A stretch of DNA of 64,000 nt from assembly GCA_963765495.1 (NCBI GenBank), contig CAVXWP010000001.1, forward strand, positions 32,001 through 96,000, given 5' to 3'. Numbering within the stretch: the first letter of the stretch is position 1; each line of letters starts with the position of its first letter. The notes under the pieces are model-generated. The model worked only from the letters and a program-made list of their open reading frames with translations, did no database searches and was not told the DNA's origin. The DNA is from Blastocatellia bacterium. GTDB taxonomy: Bacteria; Acidobacteriota; Blastocatellia; UBA7656. Shown one piece after another: positions 9,027 through 17,524 of the stretch. The position numbers and the translations under genes were made by a program.

Positions 9027-9518
9027 ATGCAGGCTACTTCTGTCGGGTACAAACCCGAAGGTTCAAAGGCATACCGGGCAATACTGGCAGGCGGTTTCAT
9101 CGCCGGTGTGCTGGATATTACCGCCGCGTGCATCAATGCGAGACTGCGCAGTGGAAGCAGCCCCGTCCGGGTGTTCCAGTCTGTCGCGGGCGGGCTGTTT
9201 GGCGCTGAGACTTTCAACGGCGGACTGAAGACGGCCGCGCTCGGCCTCGCGTTGCATTTCCTCATCGCCACGACGGCTGCCGCCGTTTACTATGCGGCGA
9301 GTCGAAAGCTCTCGTTTCTCGTGCGGCAGCCCTGGTTCTCGGGCCCGCTTTACGGCGTTGCGGTCTACGTGTGGATGTATATGGTCGTTTTGCCGCTTTC
9401 GGCCTGGCAGTTCAAATTTTTCAACCAGCCTGTCGCCGTGATCGTCACCGGTCTGCTGATTCATATCTGCTGCATCGGGCTGCCTATCGCGTTCGTCGTG
9501 CGTCAGTATTCGAGATAA
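9027..9518 (+). CDS. Membrane protein (DUF1440-like, 4 TM)
   Basis: GGFIAGVLDI, QSVAGG, GLALHFLI and GPLYG hydrophobic pattern; RBS GGGAG before ATG 9027. Confidence 0.7.
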   Translation: MQATSVGYKPEGSKAYRAILAGGFIAGVLDITAACINARLRSGSSPVRVFQSVAGGLFGAETFNGGLKTAALGLALHFLIATTAAAVYYAASRKLSFLVRQPWFSGPLYGVAVYVWMYMVVLPLSAWQFKFFNQPVAVIVTGLLIHICCIGLPIAFVVRQYSR

Positions 9519-9541
9519 GAGAGACAGTCTGAGCCCGCAAC

Positions 9542-10927
9542 TCAGTAACGTCCGCTGAAGGTGCCGCGTTTTAGAAATTGCCCGTCGCCTGCTTTGCCCA
9601 CATAATTGCCGTCTTCGATTATCACGCGCCCGCGCGACAGGACTGTCTTTGCCACGCCCTTGATTTTCATCCCTTCGTATGCGCTGTAATCAACATTCAT
9701 GTGATGAGTCGCTGCCGAAATCGTCATCTCTTCTTCGGGGTCGAAGACGACAATGTCTGCGTCCGAGCCTACGGCGATAGTCCCTTTGCGCGGGAAGAGG
9801 CCAAAGAGTTTTGCCGCCGACGTAGAGGTCAATTCTACGAAACGGTTTAAGCTGATTCGGTCGCCAACCACGCCCCCGTTGTAGATCAGGCTCATTCGGT
9901 GTTCGACGCCGGGACCGCCGTTTGGAATCTTTGTGAAATCGTCGCGGCCCAACTCTTTCTGCTCCTTGAAACAGAAGGGGCAGTGATCCGTAGAGACTAC
10001 TTGCAGATCGTTGCCCGCAAGCCCCTGCCAGAGTTTATCCTGATTCCACTTTTCTCTGAGCGGCGGCGTCATCACATATTTCGCGCCCTCGAACCCTTCC
10101 TGTTCATAATAACTGTAATCGAGAAACAGATACTGCGGGCAGGTTTCAGCGTAAGCGGGAAGCCCCGCGTCGCGCGCCTCGCGCACCTCTTCGAGAGCGT
10201 CCGCGCAACTGAGGTGAACGATGTAGACGGGCGCTTCGGCCATCTCGGCTATGGCTATTGCGCGGTGCACGCCTTCGGCTTCGGCCTTTGTAGGACGAGT
10301 GAGCGCGTGATATTTAGGCGCGGTCTTGCCCTCGGCGAGCGCGTGCTTGATTATCTCGTTTATGACGATCCCGTTCTCGGCGTGCATGCAGATGAGGCCG
10401 CCCGCTTCGCCAGCCGATTTCATCGCGCGATAGATAGTCGCATCGTCTACGAGAAAGACGCCCGGATACGCCATGAAAAGCTTGAAACTCATCACGCCTT
10501 CACCTATGAGCCGACGCATTTCAGGCACGCGCTCATCGGGCAGGTCCGTAGTGATCAGATGGAATCCGTAATCAATGGCCGTCTTGCCTTCGGCTTTTCG
10601 GTGCCAGTTATCAACCGCCTCGGTAAGCGATTCACCGTGATACTGCACGGCGAAATCTATAATGGTGGTCGTTCCCCCGTGCGCCGCCGCTATGGTCCCT
10701 GTGCGAAAGTCATCCGAGGAAGAAGTGCCGCCAAATGGAAGCTCCATGTGCGTGTGCGGGTCGATGCCGCCGGGAATTACGAGTTTCCCCGAAGCATCAA
10801 TCACGCGGTCGGATTCCAAGTCGAGCGTGCGACCGATGACGGAGACCTTTTCATCTTCGATGAGAAGATCGGCTTGATAATCGTCTACGGCTGTTACGAT
10901 GCGACCGTTCTTGATAAGGGTCTTCAT
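9542..10927 (-). CDS. hydA: Dihydropyrimidinase (D-hydantoinase)
   Basis: PGGIDPHTH, SFKLFMAY, MHAENG, VHLS and STDHCPF amidohydrolase motifs. Confidence 0.95.
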   Translation of the reverse strand: MKTLIKNGRIVTAVDDYQADLLIEDEKVSVIGRTLDLESDRVIDASGKLVIPGGIDPHTHMELPFGGTSSSDDFRTGTIAAAHGGTTTIIDFAVQYHGESLTEAVDNWHRKAEGKTAIDYGFHLITTDLPDERVPEMRRLIGEGVMSFKLFMAYPGVFLVDDATIYRAMKSAGEAGGLICMHAENGIVINEIIKHALAEGKTAPKYHALTRPTKAEAEGVHRAIAIAEMAEAPVYIVHLSCADALEEVREARDAGLPAYAETCPQYLFLDYSYYEQEGFEGAKYVMTPPLREKWNQDKLWQGLAGNDLQVVSTDHCPFCFKEQKELGRDDFTKIPNGGPGVEHRMSLIYNGGVVGDRISLNRFVELTSTSAAKLFGLFPRKGTIAVGSDADIVVFDPEEEMTISAATHHMNVDYSAYEGMKIKGVAKTVLSRGRVIIEDGNYVGKAGDGQFLKRGTFSGRY

Positions 10928-12246
10928 AGATTTTGCTCCAGCGATGAGAAGGCCCCGTCGAGGGCCGTGACCAGTTCATCAATGTCGGATCTGGTTGCGA
11001 TAAGCGGCGGGCCCAATCGGATCACGTTTCCGTAGAGGCCGCCTTTCCCTATCAGCACGCCGCGCTTTCGAGTCTCTTCAAAGACGCGAACTACCGACTG
11101 CGGATCGGGTTCTTTGGTCTCTCGATTCTTGACGCACTCTATCGCCTGCATCAAACCCATGCCGCGCACATCGCCTATAACCGCGTGTTTCTCTTTCAAC
11201 TCTTCAAGCCTTGCGCGCAGGTAATCGCCCACTACGCGAGCGTTTTCGGGCAGATCGTTTTCTTCGATTACTCGAATGGTCGCAAGCGCCGCCGCCGTCG
11301 TTACGGGGTTTCCTCCGAATGTAGAGAACGTAAGCGACGGATATTTATCCGCGACCTCCGCGACAGCCGTGGTGCATCCGATGGGCGAACCGTTTGCCAT
11401 GCCTTTTGCAAAGGTCATGATTTCAGGCTCTACTTCCCAGTGCTCTATCCCGAACCATTTGTCGCCCGTACGCCCCCAGCCGGTCTGCACTTCGTCGCAA
11501 ATAAATATCCCGCCGTAGCGGCGTATGATCTCGGTCACGACTTTGAAGTAGTCCTTAGGCGGAGTGATGAAACCACCCACTCCCATGATAGGCTCGGCGA
11601 TAAAGGCCGCTACCTCGCCCGATGTGGAAGTCTGAATGAGTTCTTCAACATCGCGAGCGCATTCCATAGCGCACGATTCGGGCTTGAGGTTGAAGGGACA
11701 GCGGTAACAATAAGGCGCGTGCGCGTGAATTATGCCTGCAAGCGCCGAGGGCGCGTGTTTCCACGGCGCGTGACCTGTCGCGGCCATCGCCATAATCGAA
11801 CGACCGTGGTATCCGTGGCGAAGGGCTATGATCTCCGAGCGCCCGGTGTAGATGCGGGCCAGCACCATAGCGGTTTCATCGGCCTCGGTCCCGCTGTTTG
11901 AAAAAAAGCTCTTCTTCAGACTGCCCGGCGTAATCTGAGCCATCTTTTCAGCAAGCTCTACTTGCGGGCTGTTGATATAGAGCGTCGAAGTGTGAGCAAT
12001 CTTGCCGATCTGTTCGCTTACAGCTTCGACAACTTCCGGGCGCGCGTGTCCTACGGAAGTTGTGAGCACGCCTCCGAAACAATCCAGATAGCGCGTGCCT
12101 TCGGTGTCCCACACGTGCATGCCGTCGCCGTGTGTGAGCGCAAGCGGATGCTCATAGTAAGTGCCTACGCAGGGCCAGATGTATTCCTGCTGCTTTCTGA
12201 TTAGTTCATCTGTCGCGGATTTTTCCGGTGCATTATGAGATGTCAT
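10924..12246 (-). CDS. Class III PLP aminotransferase (likely beta-alanine/pyrimidine catabolism)
   Basis: NSGTEA, GYHGRS, AEPIMG, DEVQTGWGRTG and FAKGMANG motifs; 4-bp overlap with hydA. Confidence 0.9.
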   Translation of the reverse strand: MTSHNAPEKSATDELIRKQQEYIWPCVGTYYEHPLALTHGDGMHVWDTEGTRYLDCFGGVLTTSVGHARPEVVEAVSEQIGKIAHTSTLYINSPQVELAEKMAQITPGSLKKSFFSNSGTEADETAMVLARIYTGRSEIIALRHGYHGRSIMAMAATGHAPWKHAPSALAGIIHAHAPYCYRCPFNLKPESCAMECARDVEELIQTSTSGEVAAFIAEPIMGVGGFITPPKDYFKVVTEIIRRYGGIFICDEVQTGWGRTGDKWFGIEHWEVEPEIMTFAKGMANGSPIGCTTAVAEVADKYPSLTFSTFGGNPVTTAAALATIRVIEENDLPENARVVGDYLRARLEELKEKHAVIGDVRGMGLMQAIECVKNRETKEPDPQSVVRVFEETRKRGVLIGKGGLYGNVIRLGPPLIATRSDIDELVTALDGAFSSLEQNL

Positions 12247-12333
12247 TACAGACCTCCAATAAATCGTGGCTTCGCGGGAAAAGCGGGATAATTAAACAAC
12301 ACACTCGGTCAAGCGTCAATGATGCGCGGCAGA

Positions 12334-12441
12334 TGATACGTGATGCGCGATACGTGATGCGTGATTTACAGCGGTCGTCTCTTATGATGTTGATTGTCAA
12401 TCTCAGTGTCACGAATCACGAATCACGAATCACGAATCACG
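12334..12441. repeat. Heptamer-arm palindromic element, family A
   Basis: Left arm (TGATRCG)n, about 45-bp spacer, right arm (TCACGAA)x4-5. Confidence 0.85.
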
Positions 12442-12455
12442 TTTTGACTTTTTGC

Positions 12456-12484
12456 TTGACACCCGCAAGAGGTTGCGCTAGTAT
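12456..12484 (+). promoter_or_regulatory. Sigma70-like promoter of csp
   Basis: TTGACA-N17-TAGTAT about 220 bp upstream of the csp ATG, consistent with the long 5' UTRs of csp genes. Confidence 0.6.
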
Positions 12485-12703
12485 GCCGCCGCTTCTTAGG
12501 GAAAATGCTTTAATTAATCACCTTGAGCGATTACGAAGTGCCTGACAAATCGTCGTGGATGCTTGTGATGAAGCCGTAAAGCGAAACCTTTTTGGTAATA
12601 AGGCTTGCTTTGCGGCTTTCCCTTTTCCGAGTGCTGCCTGAAACGTCGTGAAAAGGCTGCGCGAAACAAAGCGGCCTTTGATGAAAACGAGGAGGATCCA
12701 GAG

Positions 12704-12910
12704 ATGTCGAAGTCACAAGGCAAGGTCAAATGGTTTAGCAACGCCAAAGGATACGGGTTTATTGAGCAACCGGGAGGAGCCGATGTGTTTGTTCACTACT
12801 CGGCCATAGAACAGGACGGCTACAAATCGCTGAAGCAGGGCGAAAGCGTAGAGTTCGAGGTGGTTCAGGGGCCGAAAGGGCCCCAGGCCGAGGCGGTCAA
12901 AAGAGTATAA
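12704..12910 (+). CDS. Cold-shock protein (CspA family)
   Basis: [15 protein letters not shown] (RNP1) and DVFVHYSAI (RNP2); RBS GAGGAGG; start moved to MSKSQG. Confidence 0.95.
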   Translation: MSKSQGKVKWFSNAKGYGFIEQPGGADVFVHYSAIEQDGYKSLKQGESVEFEVVQGPKGPQAEAVKRV

Positions 12911-12944
12911 AACCTGCTCCAGGCGAATGAACTTCACTCACCTT

Positions 12945-12974
12945 GCCCTGCTCGATGAAGCAGGGCTTTTCTTT
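12945..12974 (+). terminator. Rho-independent terminator
   Basis: GCCCTGCT-loop-AGCAGGGC followed by a T-rich tract after csp. Confidence 0.7.
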
Positions 12975-13081
12975 GTTTTCTCCTTTCCGGGCATTCGGTC
13001 AGTTCGTGTCCATACGCAAAGAGACGCAAAGCTTTCATCAAGCAAACAGCGGTTCTTATACGCAATGAAATAATCGGGATA

Positions 13082-13648
13082 TTATTCGCTGGAAGGGCGA
13101 GCCGTGAACCGCACGCTGCCGCTATCGACGCTTATCACGAAATCAATCGCTTCGGCAGACAATTCCCGCTTTAACTGATCGGCGCGCGAGGTCAAAAATT
13201 TCGTGAATAATTCGAGGCTGAGGTTGCCGATTCTCTCTCCGCACTCTCGTTTTGCGGCTATCAGATAATCGTAAATTTCGCTTACTTTCTCAGGCTCAAG
13301 TTTAGGGTTTCTACAACGCACGCTGGCCGACAGGGATCGCATCGCCGATACCGACTCAGCCGTGGGCGGTCTCCCGCTTTGCTCGCGGTCCTGGGTCTGC
13401 CGCCTCCACAGTTCGCGCATCACGTTGTAACGCGCTACAAGGCTGTTGTAGCGGAATCGCTGGCTGAATGCCATCCCGCGCGCATCATAGAGCCGTTTGA
13501 TGGCAGTCTCTACGCGACCCTTTGTGTCGTTAGGCGGGCGCATCGTGCCGCCGTTGAAAAAGATGTCGTATTCAACCTTGAGTCGGCGCATTTCATGTTC
13601 AAGCCGGTCCAGCTGATCGTCTATTTCATTAAATTTCTTCTCTTCCAT
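13082..13648 (-). CDS. Hypothetical protein resembling MXAN_5187 C-terminal domain family
   Basis: LKVEYDIFFNG..PP, RFRYNSL, and IYDYLIAAKRECGE...DFVISVDSGSVRFTA pattern; family call from recollection. Confidence 0.6.
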   Translation of the reverse strand: MEEKKFNEIDDQLDRLEHEMRRLKVEYDIFFNGGTMRPPNDTKGRVETAIKRLYDARGMAFSQRFRYNSLVARYNVMRELWRRQTQDREQSGRPPTAESVSAMRSLSASVRCRNPKLEPEKVSEIYDYLIAAKRECGERIGNLSLELFTKFLTSRADQLKRELSAEAIDFVISVDSGSVRFTARPSSE

Positions 13649-13739
13649 TTGATCTCACTCAAGCGGGGGCCTATGTGGATCACTCAGGGGGTTATGCTAA
13701 AATGTAAGCGAGGCACCCCCTGGTGTCAACCGTAATAAC

Positions 13740-15170
13740 ATGGCGCATGAGTATCTCAGAACGTTGCCCTCGATGGACCGGCTGCTTGCGACGCCTCTGG
13801 CCGAAAGGTTGTCTGTCGGCCTGGGGCGCGACCGCGTGCGCGACCTGTTGCGCGAAATCACAGACCTGTTAAGGCGCGAATTGACCGAAAACGGCGGCGA
13901 TAAAACTCTGGCTACCGATGCCTGGATCGCCGAGATAGATGCGAGACTCGAAGCTCGCGCGGCAGAGATTTCGCGGTCATCGCTCAGGCGGGTGATCAAC
14001 GCAACGGGCGTCATCCTGCACACAAACCTCGGACGCGCCCCGCTCGCTCGCCGGGCAATCGAAGCCTCAAACGAGGTCGCCTCTCATTATTCGAATCTGG
14101 AATACGACCTCGCGCGCGGAGAGCGCGGCAGACGCGAATCGCACTCTCAGGAATTGCTTGCGAGGCTCGCGGGAAGCGAGTCCGCGATAGTAGCCAATAA
14201 CAATGCGGCGGCGGTGCTGATAGTGCTAAACACGCTGGCCGAAGGCGGGGAAGTCATCGTTTCGCGCGGCGAGTTGATAGAGATCGGCGGCAGCTTTCGC
14301 ATACCGGAAGTGATGGAAAAAAGCGGCGCGCGGCTTTGCGAAGTCGGGACCACAAACCGCACCCGCATAGAAGATTACCAGCGCGCAATAAACGAAAATA
14401 CCCGGCTCATCCTCCGCGTGCACCCGTCAAATTATCGCATAATAGGTTTTACCGAGCGACCCGACCCTCGTGAAATTGCGGACCTGGCTCGCCTCTCCGG
14501 CATACCTTCGTTTGAAGACCTGGGATCGGGCTGCCTGATAGACCTCGCGCCCTTTGGCGTAAAGGACGAGCCGGTCGTCGCGCACTCGATCCGTTCGGGC
14601 ATAACCGTAGTCTCTTTCAGCGGCGACAAGATGCTTGGCGGGCCGCAGGCCGGTATTATCGCGGGAACCGGGGCCGTGATTGATCGCGTTCGAAAAAACC
14701 CGTTGATGCGCGCCCTGCGCGTGGACAAGACGACTTATGCCGCCCTCGAAGCTACGCTGATGATTTACGAGCAGGGCCGGGCCGAGACCGATGTGCCGGT
14801 CATCCGCGCCATAGCGGCTACGCGGGATGAGATCGAAGAGCGTGCCTCGCGCTTTATCAAACGCCTCGAAGAAAGAGGGTGTAGGCTTAGAGCCGATCTC
14901 GAAGAGGGGAGTTCGGTGATCGGTGGCGGGTCCGCACCCGAAGCGAAGTTACCAACTATTCTTATCGCGCTCGAAAGTGGGGAGCTCTCTGCCCGATCAA
15001 TAGAAGAAAGATTGCGAGCCAATCACGTTCCAATCATAACGCGGACCGAGCGCGACCGCGTACTGCTTGACCTGCGCACGGTTGCCCCTGACGAAGAGGC
15101 GATAATAGTTGATGCGCTTGAGACGCTCGTCGCAACCCCGACCGAGAGTTTTACATCAGTAAAGATATGA
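13740..15170 (+). CDS. selA: L-seryl-tRNA(Sec) selenium transferase
   Basis: VINATGVILHTNLGRAPL, NNNAAAV, SRGELIEIGGSFRIP, EVGTTNRT, EDLGSG and FSGDKMLGGPQAG (PLP Lys). Confidence 0.95.
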   Translation: MAHEYLRTLPSMDRLLATPLAERLSVGLGRDRVRDLLREITDLLRRELTENGGDKTLATDAWIAEIDARLEARAAEISRSSLRRVINATGVILHTNLGRAPLARRAIEASNEVASHYSNLEYDLARGERGRRESHSQELLARLAGSESAIVANNNAAAVLIVLNTLAEGGEVIVSRGELIEIGGSFRIPEVMEKSGARLCEVGTTNRTRIEDYQRAINENTRLILRVHPSNYRIIGFTERPDPREIADLARLSGIPSFEDLGSGCLIDLAPFGVKDEPVVAHSIRSGITVVSFSGDKMLGGPQAGIIAGTGAVIDRVRKNPLMRALRVDKTTYAALEATLMIYEQGRAETDVPVIRAIAATRDEIEERASRFIKRLEERGCRLRADLEEGSSVIGGGSAPEAKLPTILIALESGELSARSIEERLRANHVPIITRTERDRVLLDLRTVAPDEEAIIVDALETLVATPTESFTSVKI

Positions 15171-15189
15171 AGTGAAAGGTAAAACGAAG

Positions 15190-16869
15190 ATGGCATTAAC
15201 ACTATTGAATTTGATTCTGGCGCAAATGGCGCAGGGCATCCCGTGGTATGTGTGGACCGGGGCGGCGCTCGGTTTTGTTTTAGGCATATCGCTTGTCGTC
15301 TATTTTTTCCTCCGCCTCAAAAAGAGCGATAAGGAACCGGAGGAAGATTGGACCCTGTCGAGCCGCAGCCTGTTCGCCAACGCCGAGCGGCGCGCCGATG
15401 AAGTACAACAGGATGAAGTACAACAGGATGAGGTGTGGGAACAACCGGCGGCAGAAATTCAAGCAGATGAAACGCAGGAGATTGAAGCCCTGCCATCCCG
15501 AGCCCGACCTGTTCAGGAAGCCATCGCGCGCGAGACCGAAGAGCTTTCGGCTTCGTTTCCCGAAGAGACTGCCGCGCTCTCAAATGATGCGGGCGAATTG
15601 GAACCACGGATGACCGAGCGATTGGAATCCGCTTATCCGATTGAAACCGAGCAAGCGCCCCGCGTCGCTGAACCTGAGCCGGAAAGATTTATCGAAGAGC
15701 CGCCGCGCGAAACTCCCGCCACGCAGTTGCTTGGAAGTTCTCCGCCTCCCGCATCCACCCCCGCAGTCGAAACGCCGGAAGAAGATACGCCTTTCGATGA
15801 CATCTGGAACGAGCTTGTTCGGGAAGGGTATTCGAAAGTCCAAACCGAAGAGGTTGAAGCGGGACCTCGGGCAGAGTCTTCTCAACCGCCACAGGCGGAG
15901 CCTCCACCTGTAGAGCCTCCGCTTGTAGCGCCTCCGCTTGTAGAGCCTCCGCTTGTAGCGCGAGTCGAGCAGCGCCCGCCGCGAGAGCCGTTCGAGCCGC
16001 CGCGCATGGAGCGTGTGAGGCATCGAGAGCCGTTTGAGCCGCCTGTAATTCTTCCAATCGAGCCGGGAGAACACCCCCTTTCTGAGCCGCCGCCCGCGCG
16101 GCCTGCCCGCCCCACGCAAATGGCCTTCGATTCGCGCGAGACCTCTGAGCGGAAAGCGCCGCCGGAACCGTCCGGCATCGAGCCGGTCATCGTTGAACCT
16201 GCTATCGAGAGAGAGACCGAACCTGTTCGGGTATCGGCGGTTCCTGCGCAACTGCCTCGCGGGCGCAAGGTTTCGGGGTCAGTGCTGGGATTACCGTCGG
16301 AGTCTACGGGCGGGCCGCTTGTATTCGGAGAGCCTGCGGCTGAGACGGGAACAGTGGGCTCATTGACAAACTACGGGAAAGACCTGGACAAGGGAGGAGG
16401 CCACGGCGGCACTATCGCGCTGTTGATCGCGATCATTCTGGTAGGCGGCGGGTTGCTGGCCTACTTCTATGTTCCCGTGGTCCACGCCAGGGTCAACGCT
16501 TTTGTGGGGCGAATGCGCGGCGATGATGTGGCGGCCCGAGAGGCGGCGGCCCGAGTGATCAGAGCGCAGATTTACCCCGTTCGCAGGCCCGAAGTGGACA
16601 AGAATATAGTCAAGGCGAAGGGCGCGGTTTATAACATCACAGATGAACCGCTTCAGGGCTTAACCGTAGAAGTGACCCTCGAACGTTACGACGGCGGACC
16701 CGCTGATGTCCGAACTGTTGGGGTGACGCCTGACTCTCTGGTGAAAGATCAGCAGGGCGTTTATGAATTCGATTACGACGGCAAAGAGTTCAGGGGGTAC
16801 AGAGTTACGAAGCTGAACACCAGCAACGGAGAGGTGAGGTATTCAACTCCCACTCAGCCGCGAAGTTGA
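15190..16869 (+). CDS. Pro/Glu-rich membrane protein with C-terminal FxLYD-like Ig domain
   Basis: N-terminal TM, long acidic/proline-rich linker, second TM, then KGAVYNITDEPLQGLTVEVTLERYDG. Confidence 0.7.
   Translation: MALTLLNLILAQMAQGIPWYVWTGAALGFVLGISLVVYFFLRLKKSDKEPEEDWTLSSRSLFANAERRADEVQQDEVQQDEVWEQPAAEIQADETQEIEALPSRARPVQEAIARETEELSASFPEETAALSNDAGELEPRMTERLESAYPIETEQAPRVAEPEPERFIEEPPRETPATQLLGSSPPPASTPAVETPEEDTPFDDIWNELVREGYSKVQTEEVEAGPRAESSQPPQAEPPPVEPPLVAPPLVEPPLVARVEQRPPREPFEPPRMERVRHREPFEPPVILPIEPGEHPLSEPPPARPARPTQMAFDSRETSERKAPPEPSGIEPVIVEPAIERETEPVRVSAVPAQLPRGRKVSGSVLGLPSESTGGPLVFGEPAAETGTVGSLTNYGKDLDKGGGHGGTIALLIAIILVGGGLLAYFYVPVVHARVNAFVGRMRGDDVAAREAAARVIRAQIYPVRRPEVDKNIVKAKGAVYNITDEPLQGLTVEVTLERYDGGPADVRTVGVTPDSLVKDQQGVYEFDYDGKEFRGYRVTKLNTSNGEVRYSTPTQPRS
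15900..15961 (+). repeat. In-frame 15-bp tandem repeat (GCCTCCRCYTGTAGM x4)
   Basis: Encodes PPPVE/PPLVA repeats; a second 15-bp repeat (GATGAAGTACAACAG) lies near 15397-15430. Confidence 0.8.
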
Positions 16870-16889
16870 GACTCGAATTTATCGAAAAG

Positions 16890-17483
16890 ATGAGAATAGC
16901 AAAGATCGTCAAATCGAATTCGCACGTTGATTACATAGGGCGGGTTCTTGACGCTCTCGATTCAAGTGATACGCCTTCGCCCGAAGATTATATGTTCGGG
17001 CAGTTCGTCTCTATCCCGGCAGGCGTCACGACAACCGTGGGCGTGATATACAATTCGCAACTGATCAATCCCGAGTACGGACGGCTGGGTCCGCGACTCT
17101 CAAGCTCTGCCGAGATGAACGCAGTCTTCAGTCCCGACCTGCTGAACGAACAGGGAGTACTGATCGGGCTTTTGCTGCTGGGCTGGATAGACGGGGACGG
17201 GCCTGCTCATCAGGGGGTGCCGCGCCCGGTAATCGCCGTCAACTCCGAGATCATCACGATGAACGAAGACGAAGTGCGCTCGTTTCATACGGGCAGCGAC
17301 GGGCGGCTCGCCCTGCATTATTACGCACAGGTGATAACGCACGCGCGGCTCTTTGCGCCGCAACTGATGCTCGCCCTGCTCGATCAGCTTGACGAGCTTT
17401 TTGGCGAGCAGTCGAGAGCGGAAATCGCCGTGCTCAGGCGCAGCCTGAACTGGCAACAGGTTTTTCAAAACAAGTCGGTTTGA
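16890..17483 (+). CDS. HAS-barrel domain protein
   Basis: MRIAKIVKSNSHVDYIGRV, FGQFV, GVIYNSQLINP and HQGVP pattern; alternative TTG start at 16866 overlaps the upstream stop. Confidence 0.65.
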   Translation: MRIAKIVKSNSHVDYIGRVLDALDSSDTPSPEDYMFGQFVSIPAGVTTTVGVIYNSQLINPEYGRLGPRLSSSAEMNAVFSPDLLNEQGVLIGLLLLGWIDGDGPAHQGVPRPVIAVNSEIITMNEDEVRSFHTGSDGRLALHYYAQVITHARLFAPQLMLALLDQLDELFGEQSRAEIAVLRRSLNWQQVFQNKSV

Positions 17484-17524
17484 TGCATGAAAAGTATTCC
17501 AAATGAAAGACGATATCTGAATAT

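Noticed and set aside
9899-11901. Long antisense ORFs over hydA and the aminotransferase (also over ECF42, groEL, glpX and the kinase genes)
   Set aside because: Typical antisense open frames caused by codon bias; no motifs, and they fully overlap well-supported genes.
12228-12545. 105-aa ORF containing NHESRITNH, plus similar RITHH ORFs at 21036, 31520 and the 27358 extension of hemL
   Set aside because: These are translations of the heptamer repeat arms, not proteins.
13005-13060. GACGCAAAGC resembling part of a c-di-GMP-I riboswitch
   Set aside because: It lacks the upstream GGCAAAC/GAAA stem and sits between convergent gene ends.
13740-17483. tRNA-Sec or UGA-readthrough selenoproteins near selA
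   Set aside because: I saw no tRNA-like fold and no in-frame UGA at a Cys-equivalent position; a bSECIS scan was not possible.
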